Below are positions 40,245 through 54,088 of a DNA stretch of 64,000 bases, one piece after another. The first letter of the stretch is position 1, and the number at the start of each line of letters is the position of its first letter. The notes under the pieces were generated by a model. It was not told where the DNA came from and ran no database searches. It saw only the letters and a program-made list of their open reading frames with translations. Where the stretch lies: NCBI GenBank assembly GCA_951406725.2, contig OX597814.1, positions 195,052,001 to 195,116,000 on the forward strand, given 5' to 3'. Both the position numbers and the translations under genes were made by a program. This DNA is from Octopus vulgaris (lineage: Eukaryota).

Positions 40245-41272
40245 CTTCTACTCTAGGCACAAGGCCTGAAATTTTGGGGGAGGGAGCCAGTCGATTAGAT
40301 CGGCCACAGTGCGCAATTGGTACTTAATTTATCGACCCCGAAAAGATGAAAAGCAAAGTCGACCTCGGCAGAATTTGAACTCAGAACGTAAAGACAGACG
40401 AAATACCTATTTCTTTACTACCCACACGGGGCTAAACATAGAGGAGACAAACAAGGACAGACAAACGGATTAAGTCGATTATATCGACCCCAGTGCATAA
40501 CTGGTACTTACTTTATCGACCCCGAAAGGATGAAAGGCAAAGTCGACCTCGGCGGAATTTGAACTCTGAACATAAAGACAGACGAAATATCGCTAAGCAT
40601 TTCGCCTGTCGTGCTAACAACTCTGCTAATTCACCGTCTTTACATTCTTCAAAGGCGGCGAGCTGGCAGAAATGTTAGCACGTCGGGCGAAATGCTTAGC
40701 GGTATTTCGTCTGCCGCTACGTTCTGAGTTCAAATTCTGCCGAGGTCGACTTTGCCTTTCATCCTTTCGGGGTCGATTAAATAAGTACCATTTACGCATT
40801 GGGGTCGATATAATCGACTTAATCCGTGTGTCTGTCATTGTTTGTCTTCTCTGTGTTTAGCCCCTTGTGGGTAGTAAAGAAATAGGTATTTCGTCTGCCG
40901 CTACGTTCTGAGTTCAAATTCCGCCGAGTTCGACATTGCCTTTCATTCTTTCGGGGTCGATTAAATAAGTGCCATTTATGCATTGGGGTCGATCTATTCG
41001 ACTTAATCCGTTTGTCTGTCCTTGTTTGTCCCCTAGAGCCCCTTGTGCCACTTGTGGGCAGTAAAGAAATAAGAAACGTTAGCACGCCGGGCGAAATGCT
41101 TAGCGGTATTTCGTCTGTTATTGCGTTCTGAGTTCAAATTCCTCCGAGGTCTACTTAGCCTTTCATCCCTTCGGGGTTGATAAATTAAGTACCAGTTGCG
41201 TACTGGGATCGATCTAATCGACTGGCTCCCTCCCTACAAATTTCGGACGTTGTGCCTAAAGTAGAAAAGAAT
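40245..41272. mobile_element. Head-to-head family A SINE multimers
   Basis: Minus-strand multimer ends at ~40640; plus-strand multimer starts at 40652. Confidence 0.85.
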
Positions 41273-41438
41273 ATTAACCATTCTTCAGACATGGTGGTCG
41301 GAAACGCATAACCTCATTTAGATATTGACTCTAGTTGACATACTTTTGAGATAATAACGTTTGAGATAATAAGAATGAACGAAAAATGTTTTTATCTTTG
41401 CATTCTTTTTTCTTTTGAAATGTTGCACAGTCAAATAC

Positions 41439-41514
41439 ATAAACGAAGAATTTGAGAAGAGTTCTCTGTAGTGCCAAACAAGCGAATATTCGACTCGGTT
41501 TCAAACAACGTTAT
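41439..41514 (-). CDS. Candidate exon (ITLFETESNIRLFGTTENSSQILRL)
   Basis: Acceptor cttctttttag, donor TAT|gtattt; 76 nt; only frame 0 is open. Confidence 0.28.
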
Positions 41515-41961
41515 CTAAAAAGAAGCTCTTCGCTTTTTGGAATGTCATGCTTCAGCATTGTATTTCATTCACTGCTAATAAATCTGTCAGTTTCTTGCCC
41601 GCAAACACACTCAAGGTCTTACAGTTTTCTTCGTTTCACGTAATAAACTATGACAAAATATTATATACCATAAAGTGATATAATACAATTCGAAGTACAA
41701 GACGTTCGCCTTTATTTCTGACTGTAAACGGCCATTGTTTGTTAGTCAAATATGGGACCTGGATACGTGTCAAAGTAATTCTACAGCACAAAAGTTCTTG
41801 GTGTCATCTTTACCAAGTGTCACCCTTTTTGAATGAACTGCCCCGGTTAAAACCCTTTAGAATAAATAATGCTTCCTAATTTTGTCATGTCAGAAACTTT
41901 TGAGGAAGGAATGGGCAAGTCGATTACATCGACCCCAGTACTTGACTGGTACTTTATTTTA

Positions 41962-42488
41962 TCTCTATATCCATAAACGGCAAATGTCTGTGTATTTGTG
42001 TGTCTGTGTGTCTGTGCGCCCTTTATACAAATCCACAGTTTTTTTACGTAAAAGGCTCGCATTTTCTATGGGCTTTTCAAAACTGTCTGAGAGTGGTCGT
42101 GAAGATATTTTCATTTTCCCAGTCACCCCAGAAAGCCATTAAAAAATCGATAAACCGACCCCTTATGCCCATAAGTTATTTTGCGGCCAAATTCGAGTTT
42201 TCGCTTTCTTTTGCCTCCTTTTTTGCCTGACTAATGGCATGTGCACTGTCCCGCTAATTTTCCATGATTGTGCCGTTCCAGGTGTGAAAGCCGAAGTCCA
42301 ATGAATATTAATTACTCTCATAAAAATCTCCAACTAGCTCATAAACAACAAAACTGGCCCTAAGAAACTTAGTTTTTGATTTAGTGAGAAATTTTTACTG
42401 CGACCCGGCAATGAACAATAAGGATTAGCATTAGACCCGGCAATGAACAATAAGGACTAGCATTAGAGCCGGATCATAGTGCCTGTAG
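41962..42488 (+). mobile_element. Non-autonomous Helitron-like element
   Basis: Starts TCTCTATAT..; ends with CCCGGC..GCCGG hairpin remnant and CTGTAG; 32-bp internal duplication. Confidence 0.55.
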
Positions 42489-44123
42489 ACTCTAAAAGGA
42501 TGAAAGGCAAAGTTGATCTCGGCAGGATTTGAATTCAGAAAGGTAAAGAGCCGGAAGAAATGCCGATAAGCATTTTGTTCGATGCGCTAACCATTTTTAT
42601 CTCACCGCCTTATTCAGAATAAATAATGATACCTTACACTCGGTTAGACATGGTAGTGTGGTGAAGATGTCCGCTTCGTATCATCTTAATCACGCAGCGG
42701 GATCAAATCTGGAAACAGGGTTCCAGGTACGATTTCTATGCGCGGTACCTTGAATATCTTCTCCCAATTTTTCTCGCTGGCCAGTACCTTGTGATGGAAT
42801 TTATTAAACTAAAACTGCACGGAAACCCATTGTATGCGCGCGTGTGCGTGCATGTGTCCATCTTTTGCCGATGAATATGTGGAAAGGGTGTAAAGACCAG
42901 CGAGAAATTTAAAAGCCAGTGTCATCGAACGACGTACCCTGCGAAATGAATTCCGTACCCATTTGTCGACACTTCCTTGTCACACTTGCTATCAGAAATG
43001 AAGAGAACCTGTGAGTGAAATCCTGTAGCCAACGATCGATGGGGAAGCAGAATGTTGCTTGGGCACAGGCCTAGGCTTAACCAGCTTAGAACAGGCTGCT
43101 TGGTTGAGAGTGTCTGTTGTAAGACCTAAAATATAGTGATCCCAGGATACAACACCGAATATTCATCAAAATATTACATTTGTAGATGTATGCTGAACGA
43201 ATGTGGTAAACATCAAAACGGTAGTTAAAAGAATTATGTGTCATGGGGGAGGAAAATGAAAAAGATAGTCAATATTTGTTAATGACTAATATTTTGGTCC
43301 CTTTAACAGTACTGGACAAGACTCCAGAATGTTTCAGCTTTATTATTCCCCCACAGTGAAGTATATACTCCAACATAGTGGCCAATATTTTTGTTCAGAA
43401 GATCACCAGTACCAACAAAAGGCATTCAAGGATGTACGCTTGTTGGTGAAGGAAAGTGGACATCCACATCTAAAATCAAAAGTTAATTTCAACATATTGA
43501 AACCGAGACCCAGTTTGGCCAAGTGCATAAGAGGTTTACTTCACTGTCTTGTCATGTGAGTCAGGATTCCATCCTACGGCTCAATATCTGTTTCTTTACT
43601 ACCCAGAAGGGTCTAAACACAGAGAGGACAAACAAGGACAGACAAACGGATTAAGTCGATTATATCGGCCCCAATGCGTAACTGGTACTTATTTTAATAG
43701 ACCCCGAAAAGATGAAAGGCAAAGTCGACCTCGGCGGAATTTGAACTCAAAACGTAACGGCAGACGATATACCGCTAGGCATTTCACCCGGCGTGCTAAC
43801 GATTCTGCCAGCTCACCGCCTTCCTACGGCTCAGTACCTTCGACAAGTTTCTTCTATGATAGATTCTTGCCTGCCAGAGTCTGGTGCATGAAAACTGTTG
43901 GATGTATATAAATAAGCAATCAAAATCGAAAGACAAATGAATTAATATCGATTACACAGTGTTATGAAATTGATGGATTATTGTAAGATTTGGATTATCT
44001 GCTCTGTTAAAAAGCTTCTGCACTGATTAGATTTGTCACACCAATTATCAATAACTTACCTAGGCTAGGGGTGTGTATGGTAATTAAGTATTATGCGTGT
44101 GTACGCATGTGCATATGCATACA

Positions 44124-44214
<91 letters not shown>

Positions 44215-44554
44215 ACATGTATATTTATATATATATATGTGCATGTGTGTGTGTGTATATATACATACACATTCTTTTCTTTTCTTTTCTTTTATTTGGA
44301 GCACCGCCTTTAGTACTACAAATCGACACCAGAACTTATTCGTTGTAAACCTAGTACTTTTTTATCGGTCTCTTTTGCTGAACTGCTAGGTTACGGGGAT
44401 GTAAACACCCCAGCATCGGTTATTAAGTGATGTTGATCGTGGTGGACTAACACAGATACCATACATTACATACATATTATACATACATATTATGCATACA
44501 TACATATTATACATACATACATATTATACATACATACATACATACATACATACA

Positions 44555-44587
<33 letters not shown>

Positions 44588-44599
44588 TTGAATTAAATA

Positions 44600-45110
44600 G
44601 AAAATGGAGAAATCTCGATCAACAACAATTGACTATCATCGATTAATATTTTTTAATACAAAACTTTATCCCATCTAACAGCCGTTTCTGCTTCCAATGT
44701 TCCACAGTGTTGCCAAAGAAAAAAAAATTCTGAGAATAATATTCGTCATATGTTATAACATATCCGATCTGGAACATGGAGTTTCCAGAGTGAAGAAAAA
44801 TACATAAAATAAAAGAAAAGAAAAGAATAGCCTCGAGAGTAGTGAAGGCTTAATGTATTTGAATCAGGTGGGTTAAAGGTTTGTATTAATAAATAATAAT
44901 CGATGGTAGTCAATTGTTGTTGATCGCGATTTCTCCATTTTCTGCTTAATGTAAATTTGATTTCTGATAAACTCTTGTTTATTTTTGTTCATTGCTTGTA
45001 TCCTATGAGCATAATATGCTTGCATATGTATGCCCAGGGTTAACATAGGTAATTTATACCGGTAGAAAAACGGTTATTCTTATCTCCTAAACATTTATTT
45101 CAACCGCTAA

Positions 45111-45115
<5 letters not shown>
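44600..45115. mobile_element. Decayed Penelope-pLTR-like element with ~75-bp inverted arms
   Basis: 44600-44676 is the reverse complement of ~44866-44943; minus strand has GAAACGGCTGTT|AGATG (hammerhead 3' half) at 44672-44688. Confidence 0.55.
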
Positions 45116-45192
<77 letters not shown>

Positions 45193-45943
45193 GACGGGCT
45201 TCTTTCAATTTCCGTCTGCCAAATCCACTCACAAGGCTTTGGTCGGCCCGAGGCTATAGCGGAAGACATTTGCCCAATGTGTCACTCAGTGGTACTGAAC
45301 CTCGAACCATGTGGTTGATAAGCAAGCTATTAACCACACAGCCACTCCTATGCCTACACACACATATATATATATATATTCTGGCAGTATTGCCCGGCTT
45401 TCTCTCTCATTCCTTATCTCACTCTCTCACTCTCTCTCTCTCACTATCTCTCTAACTCTCTATTTCACTCTTTCTCTCTCACTCTTTCTCTCTCATTCTC
45501 TCTTTCTCACACACACACTCTCTCATTCTCTCCCTCACTCTCTCTCTCACTATCTCTCCTCTCGGAAGACAAAGAACGACAGACAAAAGGATTAAGTCGA
45601 TTATATCGACCCCAGTGTGCAACTGGTACAGTTTTTAATCGACCCTGAAATGATGAAAAGGAAAGCCGACCTCGGCGGAATTTGAAATCAGAATGTAACT
45701 GAGTAAAGTTCACTATTCAATGCATGGGATAAGGCCTAAACAAACACATTATTGATTTTTGCACTTGCGAGATGAATTTCGGAACAGAAATAGCGCAGTT
45801 CAATTTTCATTCACCTAAACTTTAAGTGACCCATTTTTGGTGGCTCTACGATTTGTTGGTTAGGAGGAGATGTGCCGGGAAGTTAAACACACAGTCACAC
45901 ACACGGACGCACACACAGACACACACACAGACACACAAGTTGA

Positions 45944-45974
<31 letters not shown>

Positions 45975-46156
45975 CAACAATCAAGGAACGGCCATAATAG
46001 GCCATTCACCCACTAGAAATAACAGCCAATATTTCAGATATTTTCACGAGGCCTTTCCGACCTTGCCAAGTTTATATCTGACCTAAAATTTTCAAATCGA
46101 TATAAACTTGGCAAGGTCGGAAATGCCTCGTGAAAATATCTGTTCCGACTTGGGCT

Positions 46157-46262
46157 ATTTCTTACTGAAGAATCTGAGGGCCTGTGGTAGATTGGCTTGA
46201 TTAAATTAATCAGGTTAGTTTACCATTAATCAGCAGATGAAACGGTATATCGTATAAGAAAT
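46157..46262 (+). ncRNA. Type-I hammerhead ribozyme, copy 1
   Basis: Stem I ATTTCTTA/TAAGAAAT (8 bp); CTGAAGA 46165-46171; stem II ATCTG/CAGAT with a long hairpin insert; GAAA 46239-46242; stem III CGGTATATCG; GUA site after 46254. Confidence 0.85.
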
Positions 46263-46648
46263 TACAGGGTAAATGTTTTTTAAATTTTCTCCTGGTTTAC
46301 GGAATTAACTTTTATTTGCGGTTGAAGCTTTGGCTGTTATTTCTAGTGGGTGAATGGCCTATTATGGCCGTTCCTTGATTGTTGATGTTGAACTTAAAAA
46401 TGGTCTATGACTATTTAATTTTTTCCTACTAGGCCGCTGGTGGCAAAAGAATTCTACAAAATTTTTTTTTGCCACCCTATATTGATTAATTATGAATTTT
46501 CTGGTTAATTCCGTAATGGAATCGACGGCTTATATTTATTTGCTGCCGATAAATTTGGCGCGAGTGCGACGATTTGAAAATTTTAGGTCAGATATAAACT
46601 TGGCAAGGTCGGAAATGCCTCGTGAAAATATCTGTTCCGACTTGGGCT

Positions 46649-46755
46649 ATTTCTTACTGAAGAATCTGAGGGCCTGTGGAAGATTGGCTTGATTTAATTT
46701 AATCAGGTTAGTTTACCATTAATCAGCAGATGAAACGGTATATCGTATAAGAAAT
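46649..46755 (+). ncRNA. Type-I hammerhead ribozyme, copy 2
   Basis: Same core and stems; CTGAAGA 46657-46663; GAAA 46732-46735; GUA site after 46747. Confidence 0.85.
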
Positions 46756-46983
46756 TACAGGGTAAATGTTTTTTAAATTTTCTCCTGGTTTACGGAATTA
46801 ACTTTTATTTGCGGTTGAAGCTTTGGCTGTTATTTCTAGTGGGTGAATGGCCTATTATGGCCGTTCCTTGATTGTTGATGTTGAACTTAAAAATGGTCTA
46901 TGACTATTTAATTTTTTCCTACTAGGCCGCTGGTGGCAAAAGAATTCTACAAAATTTTTTTTTGCCACCCTATATTGATTAAT

Positions 46984-47016
<33 letters not shown>

Positions 47017-47021
47017 ATGTA

Positions 47022-47066
<45 letters not shown>

Positions 47067-47144
47067 ATAGGTGCATATTTCTATGTTTTGTTTTATGTAT
47101 GTCTTCTCGTGCATATCTAGACATGCTCATATATACATATATAT

Positions 47145-47775
47145 GATAAACTTCTGGAAAGTTTTACAGATTTTTACTGTTCCAGTGATGTCTTGCATTT
47201 TTAGTCTTCGAATTAGCTTTCTCCTTTCTGGTTTTGAGAAAACTAATTTCTCAAGATTGGTTCTTAGGCAGTGTGCTACATATCCCAGGGCCCCAACAAT
47301 TACAGGTATAAACCCGAACTTGTAATCCGGATAGAGTGACTGAAGATTTCTCAATAGCTCAGCATAGGCATTCTCTTTTTCACTAATCTTCAGCTTTATG
47401 TCAACATCCGTTGGGCAGCTAATTTCCACAACTGTACACAGTTTCTCTTCTCCATCTCAAATCATTATATCAGGTCTGTTGTGCTTACATTTTAATGAGG
47501 TCTTCACTTGGATATACCATTTTCCGACAACTGCTTATGAGTCATATCTTCATTGTGAACTCCACAAAGTCTGCATCGGTTGTCACATTTTACGGCTTTC
47601 CCACATCTCTATCCCTTTTGTGCATTAGGTACTAGGTTGATATTTCCTGTTTCTGTATTGCAAACGCATACCCTACAAAGTGGGAGGTAGTAATCCGACT
47701 ATTCGTCCATGATAAACTGCTTTCATGATCGATGTTACTATCATCACGGAGCTTTCTACTAACATATCCATGGAT
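47145..47775 (-). pseudogene. R4/NeSL-like non-LTR retrotransposon remnant
   Basis: SLSWTNS..GYAFAIQKQEIST; RPDIMI..EISCP..EKENAY..FIPVIVGALG. Related scraps at 59105-59270 and 62785-62825. Confidence 0.8.
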
Positions 47776-47864
47776 GCCTGTATGTATATATGTATGTATG
47801 TGTGTATGTATGTATGTATGTATGTATGTATGTATGTATGTATGTATGTATGTATGTATGTATG

Positions 47865-47898
<34 letters not shown>

Positions 47899-48979
47899 TG
47901 TATGTATGCATGCATGTATGTATGTGTATGTATGTATGCATGTATGTATGTATATATATATATACACACAGGTGTAATAAAATATTATTTCTGATTCATT
48001 GGCAACGAGTGCGAATGATTTATATCAATCGTAAGAAATCTTTAGTCACGAGAAAATAAACGCTCTTCATGCACGCACGCACACGCACACACACACACAC
48101 ACACACACGCACGCACACGCACATACACTCACAAACACATACACACACACATGCCTCCTACACGGCGCGCGCGTGTAGGAGGCACGTCCTCCACAGACGC
48201 AAACTGCGCTCACGTGGGCACTCACAAAGATATCTTCATATATGAGGTTGACTTTGCCTTTCATCCTTTCGGGGTCGATAAATAAAGTACCAGTTACGCA
48301 CTGGGGTCGATGTAATCGACTTAATCCATTTGCCTGTCCTTGTTTGTCCCCTCTATGTTTAGCCCCTTGTGGGAAATAAAGTAATATATATATATATAGT
48401 GACACACCAAACATGCATGTTTGACAGTATGCGCGTGCGTGTACGCGTGCATGCATGTGAATTAGTGGTCAGTGGTTAGGATATTCGATTGACGTCCGTA
48501 AGGTCACCAGTTCGATTCCCGGCAGCGCGTTGAGACCTTGAGCAAGGTACTTCATTTCACGTTGCTCCAGTTCACTCAACCGGCAATAATGAATATTACC
48601 TGTAATTCAAAAGGGTCAGTCTCCTCACATTCTGTGTCACGCCGAATCTCCTTGAGAACTACATTAAGTGTACTTGTGTCTGCGGAGTACTCAGCCACTT
48701 ACACGTTCATTTCACGAGCAGGCTGTTCCATTGATCGGATCAACTGGAACGTTCATCGTCGTAACTGACGGAGTGCCAGTGTGAATCTACGTGTGTGAAG
48801 CCAAATGATCTAGTGTGGTTAGTAGGTTGGGCTAATATTCCTAAAGTTGTTGGTTCGATCTCTGGATCGGACGTCTTATTGTGCCCTTGTCTAAGACACT
48901 TTATTTGACATTACTCCAGTACGCCCAACTGAAATGAGAAACATTTCAATGCTGGTGCGACCCACTATTTTTATTCTTA

Positions 48980-49532
48980 TTGAGTGAGAGAGCAGTGCAT
49001 AACATCAAAGTGACACTGGGGTAAAATATACGAAGCCCAGTATACCCATCATGACTACCCGTCTGATTAGGGTACACCAGGCACATTCATCACAATCAAA
49101 TGTGCGCGACATATCTCATATCAAGATAAACAGCGCATGACCTTGCAGCTGGGGCCCAGTTAGAATTTTCTTCTGGTCGAGTGGCCTATCCCATTCAAAA
49201 GGTCCCTGAATAAGGCTTGTTTGAGGATGTTGAACGAACCACCCATGTTTCCAAAGGTGAATTATCCAAACCTCCAAGAATTCCTTTCAACACACGGCTA
49301 TGATGCTCCCCCACTACTTCTGCTTGTGGTCAGAGATGCACATATTGTCAGCCACTAAGGGACATGGTCAACTGGTTAAGGTCAAACAACTGACATGCAA
49401 ATCTGTGGTTTTGCGCAGAATATTTGCTGTAGCCCATCTTTTATACCATGACAAAACAATGTACATGATAGCACTTCCAATCAGTTATGATTAGAAGCCA
49501 TGAGAGCCACTGCCTGGTACTGCATCAGCGCA
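48980..49532. repeat. Unclassified interspersed repeat
   Basis: 49338-49458 matches 28759-28879; abuts a (CTT)n tract. Confidence 0.6.
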
Positions 49533-49735
49533 TTTCTTCTTCTTCTTCTTCTTCTTCTTCTTCTTCTTCTTCTTCTTCTCCTCCTCCTCCTCCTCCTTCT
49601 TCTTCTTCTTCTTCTTCTTCTTCTTCTTCTTCTCCTCCTTCTTCTCCTTCTTCTTCTTCTTCTTCTTCTTCTTCTTCTTCTTCTTCTTCTTCTTCTTCTT
49701 CTTCTTCTTCTTCTTCTTCTTCTTCTTCTTCTTCT
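49533..49735. repeat. (CTT/GAA)n polypurine-polypyrimidine tract
   Basis: About 200 bp of CTT with a few CCT units. Confidence 0.98.
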
Positions 49736-49971
49736 GATATGTTTGACTTTTGCTTTGTATTTTACAAGTTGACTCCAAAACTCGCCCAGAGACTTCAAGC
49801 GACAAGTTAGAAGTTCATGTTGGTGTTATGCCTAGTGTGTCATATATTTGGTTTTGCACATAGTATTGTTCGAGAGAATCTTTAAGAAAACATGAAAAAA
49901 AATTATAAGTTTGTTTTAAAATTTCAGATTACATCGTTATCATCATCATCGTCATCATCATCATCATCATC

Positions 49972-50003
<32 letters not shown>

Positions 50004-50185
50004 TATATAATGTATACATGAAGCATACATAGGATTCTCTCTCTCTCTCTTTATCTATATAAATATTGATATATACACACATATATACATACATATATAT
50101 ATATATATATACACACACACATACATACATATAGGCGCTCACACACACTCACATATATATAAATATATATATATATATACATATA

Positions 50186-50271
<86 letters not shown>

Positions 50272-50413
50272 TATATATACATATATATATATACATATAC
50301 ACATACATACATTTACCTCTTCATTAATTACATTAGCGCTTATTAGATTAGCGGGCTGTGAACTCTTTTGAACCTGTCGTCCAATTTTGACACAAACAGC
50401 TGTTCATCATATT

Positions 50414-50656
50414 TCAACGTGACTAAAGCCAATAACAAAACTACTCCACTAGTCCAGACGAACGATAACGGACTTATTAGACAAGCTGACCACAAACTGA
50501 TGTTCGTAGGTTCTGGCGACTAGATCGATAACTATGGCTTAACACTTAATCTGTATTAGCTGATTATAATGGCTGACTTCTGGGCTATAAATTACAACTG
50601 TTTAAATCGCTATCGTCTAATTCTTTAACCAAAGTGTCAGATACACAAATGTAAGT
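50414..50656 (+). repeat. Copy 1 of a diverged ~230-bp inverted duplication
   Basis: Reverse complement of 55226-55447; ends in GTAAGT, then a (GGT)n block to ~51320. Confidence 0.8.
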
Positions 50657-53432
50657 GGTAGTGATAGTCGTGATGGTGGTGGCGGTGGTGGTGGTTGGGG
50701 TAGTAGCGGGGTGGTTGGGGCTAGTGGTGGTGGTGGTGGTAGTGGTGGCGGTGGTGGTTGGGGTAGTGGCGGTGGTGGTGGTAGTGGTGGCGGTGGTGGC
50801 GGTGGTAGCGGTTGTTGTGGTAGTGGGTGTGGTGGTTGGAGTAGTAGTGGTGGTGGTTGGGGGTAGTGGTGGAGGTGGTTGGGGTAGTGGTGGTGGTGGT
50901 TGGGTGGTGGTGGTGGTGGTGGTGGTAGGTTGGGGTGGTGGTTGGTGGTTGGGTAGTGACGGTGGTAGTGGTAGTGGTGGCGGTGGTGGTGGTAGTGGTG
51001 GTGGTGGCTATAGTGGTTGGGGTAGTAGCGGTGGTGGTTGGGGGTAGTGGTGGTAGCGGTGGCAGTGGTGGCTAGGGTAGTAACGGTGGTGGTGGTAGTG
51101 CTGGCAGTGGCGGTGGTAGCGGTTGTCGTGGTGGTGGCTGTGGTGGTTGGGGTAGTTGTGGTGGTAGCGGTGGCTGTGGTGTTGGTGGTGGCTGTGGTGG
51201 TTGGGGTAGTGGTGGTGGTGGTTTGAGTAGTGGTGGTGGTGGTTGGAGTAATGATGGTGGTGGTGGTGGCTGTGGTGGTTGGAATAGTAGCGGTGGAATT
51301 TCGGGTAGTGGTGGTGGTGGTAATCAAAAAGTTGAGAGAATAATCAATTGTAGAGGAATTTACACCCAAAATTTATTTTGTTTTTGTTTTACATGATACT
51401 TGACATGAAAATGTACGTAGTTGTATCTGGGTCTGTCATATTGGTAATATAACTGTTCTGGCTAAATTGATGGTGACGGTGAGGAAGAAGAAAAGGAGGG
51501 GTAGGACGACCGACGATGACGATGGGAGGATGGAAGCAATAAAGGTAGAACTACGTTATCCTTTTCTACTCTAGGCACAAGGCCCGACATTTTTGGGTGA
51601 GGGGGCAGTCGATTAAATCGACCCCAGTACGCAACTGGTACTTAATTTATCGACCCCGAAAGGATGAAAAGTAAAGTCGACCTCGGCGGAATTAGAACTC
51701 AAAACGTAGCGGCAGACGAAATACCTATTTCTTTACTACCCACAAGGGGCTAAACACAGAGAGGGCAAACAAGGACAGACAGACGGATTAAGTCGATTAT
51801 ATCGACTCCAGTGCGTAACTGGTACTTATTCAATCGACCCCGAAAGGATGAAAGGTAAAGTCGACTTCGGCGGAATTTGAACTCTGAACGTAGCGGCAGA
51901 CGAAATACCGATAAGCATTTCGCCCGGTGTGCTAACGTTTCTGCCAGCTCGCCGCCTTAATACTGAAAAAAATATAGTTAAAGGTGGAAGAAAAGTGACA
52001 GAGAAAGCGATAGCACGTGTAAGAGAGGAAGAAGTGGAAAGAAAAGTTCTAAAATAAAGTGAAGAATTTAGAGAGGTAACGTGATAAAATGATAAAAAAA
52101 TTAGAGAGCGAGGATGAACGATAGAAATACAGAGGTGGGAGTGGATGAGATAACTATGTCTATGGAAGAGAAATGTTCTGAAAGTCGCTGAGAAATAAAG
52201 AGAAGAGGCGAAGGATTTTGATTGAAAAAAAAAGGAGACAACACACATAGACACGCTCGCGTGCACACACACATGCACACAAACTTGCACACACATATAC
52301 TTTCAAACATACACAAATACATACACACTTATATATTTATACACACACGCACATAAGCAAACACACACACACTCACACACATACACATATGTATATATAT
52401 GCAAACATACTTACATGTATATACATATGTATGTATACACACACATACGCACACACTTTTATAATACGAAATCTTTGTCCACCATATTCCATTGAATTTA
52501 TCCCCTGTACTTTTTGATTTTATTTTTTAGATTCTAGAACCCCAAAGGAAGTTTTTGAGTATCAATTGTAAAGATAATCACAGTCGTTTGCTGTTTCTCA
52601 TCTACGTTACATATATGATGTCGTATAGTAACAGCTATGTACTTTCATCATAGCCGAAGCATTTCAAAACCATTGATACCTTCTGCGCAATCAAGTCGAG
52701 GTAGACATAGTCCTTCATCCTTTCGAAGTTGATGAAATAAGTACCAGTTGAACACTAGGGTGTCGATGTAATCAACTAGCATCCGCCACCTAAAAATTTT
52801 CAGGCCTTGTACCTATAGTAGGAAGTGCAATGAACCATAGTTCTGATTGAATTCTGCTAATTCGCTGGAATCCACTACAGAGTTTACGTAAAACAATGAT
52901 ACAATGTTCTCTAATATTTTTTTATCTGTTTCAAGTAGAATGACTTCTATATTCGGAGCAATTCAATCCTTATAATTTCTAGTAGAATATAAACCCAGAA
53001 ACAATTTGAAACGTTGCATGTCTAGTTTGCTAAATGAACTGATATGTGGTATGTAAATGTTTAAGTATTCACTGAACTTATGAAGAAGTACTTAAAAATA
53101 TCTGATCATTCAAATATATACATAATAGTATTCTATGGCCAATTTAAATAATTGTATCAAAGATGTAAATTTGGGCAAAGAACGCTGTTTCATCTTAGAA
53201 AGGTAATAATTCAGCTGACAGATCTAGAAACATATAACCTCGAACCTTTTAGATGTTGACACATAACCTCGAACCATCTAGATGTTGAAACACATAGCCT
53301 CGAACCCTTGGTTTGAAGTCACAACTCGATCGTATCTTACATCAGTGATTTTCATACAAGGCCCTCGGCGCTGCGAGGACTGAAAAACGGACGGACAATA
53401 TGACAAATGCAATAAAGCTAAGATGGGTTTAA

Positions 53433-53838
53433 CCCTTTAGTGTTCACATTATTCTGCTAAAATTAATCCTTTTTTATCCACATTGTTTTGAACTAATCAT
53501 GCATTAATCTTGTAGCTATGGGATTTTGATGAGGTAGCTGTTAATGTTTAAAACGATATTGTAGGGTTGGTGTGAGAGACCAGATGTGGCCAGTTTGAAC
53601 ATAAAACAGGCAGAATACTTCTGATCGGATACACTCTCTCTTTTAATCTTTTACTTGTTTCAGTCATTTGACTGCGGCCATGCTGGAGCACCGCCTTTAG
53701 TCGAGCAAATCGACCCCGGGACTTATTCTATCGGTCTCTTTTGCCGAACCGCTAAGTGACGGCGACGTAAACACATCAGCATCGGTTGTCAAGCAATGCT
53801 AGAGGGACAAACACAGACACACAAACATATACACACAT

Positions 53839-53900
<62 letters not shown>

Positions 53901-54088
53901 GATGGGCTTCTTTCAGTTTCCGTCTACCAAATCCACTCACAAGGCTTTGGTCGGCCCGAGGCTATAGCAGAAGACACTCGTCCAAGATGCCACGCAGTGG
54001 GACTGAACCCGGGAACCATATGGTTGGTTAGCAAGCTACTTACCACACAGCAACTCCTGCGCCAATGGCCGGTTTAAATGCTAAAGGG
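53433..54088. mobile_element. piggyBac-type MITE with nested family-B SINE
   Basis: TTAA|CCCTTTAG ... CTAAAGGG|TTAA. Confidence 0.85.

Larger units (their letters stand above)
45973..46986 (+). mobile_element. Tandem hammerhead-containing non-coding retroelement (retrozyme / non-autonomous PLE-like)
   Basis: Near-identical direct repeats 46099-46493 and 46591-46986; two inverted fragments at the 5' end (45973-46029, 46035-46099); (TA)n on both flanks. Confidence 0.85.

Noticed and set aside
50450-50570. C/D-box snoRNA in the inverted duplicate
   Set aside because: CTGA motifs are present, but a C box is not conserved between the two copies.
52531-52570. Plus-strand micro-exon (SRTPKEVFEYQ)
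   Set aside because: Isolated, with a weak donor and no partner exons; shows the false-positive rate of visual exon calls.
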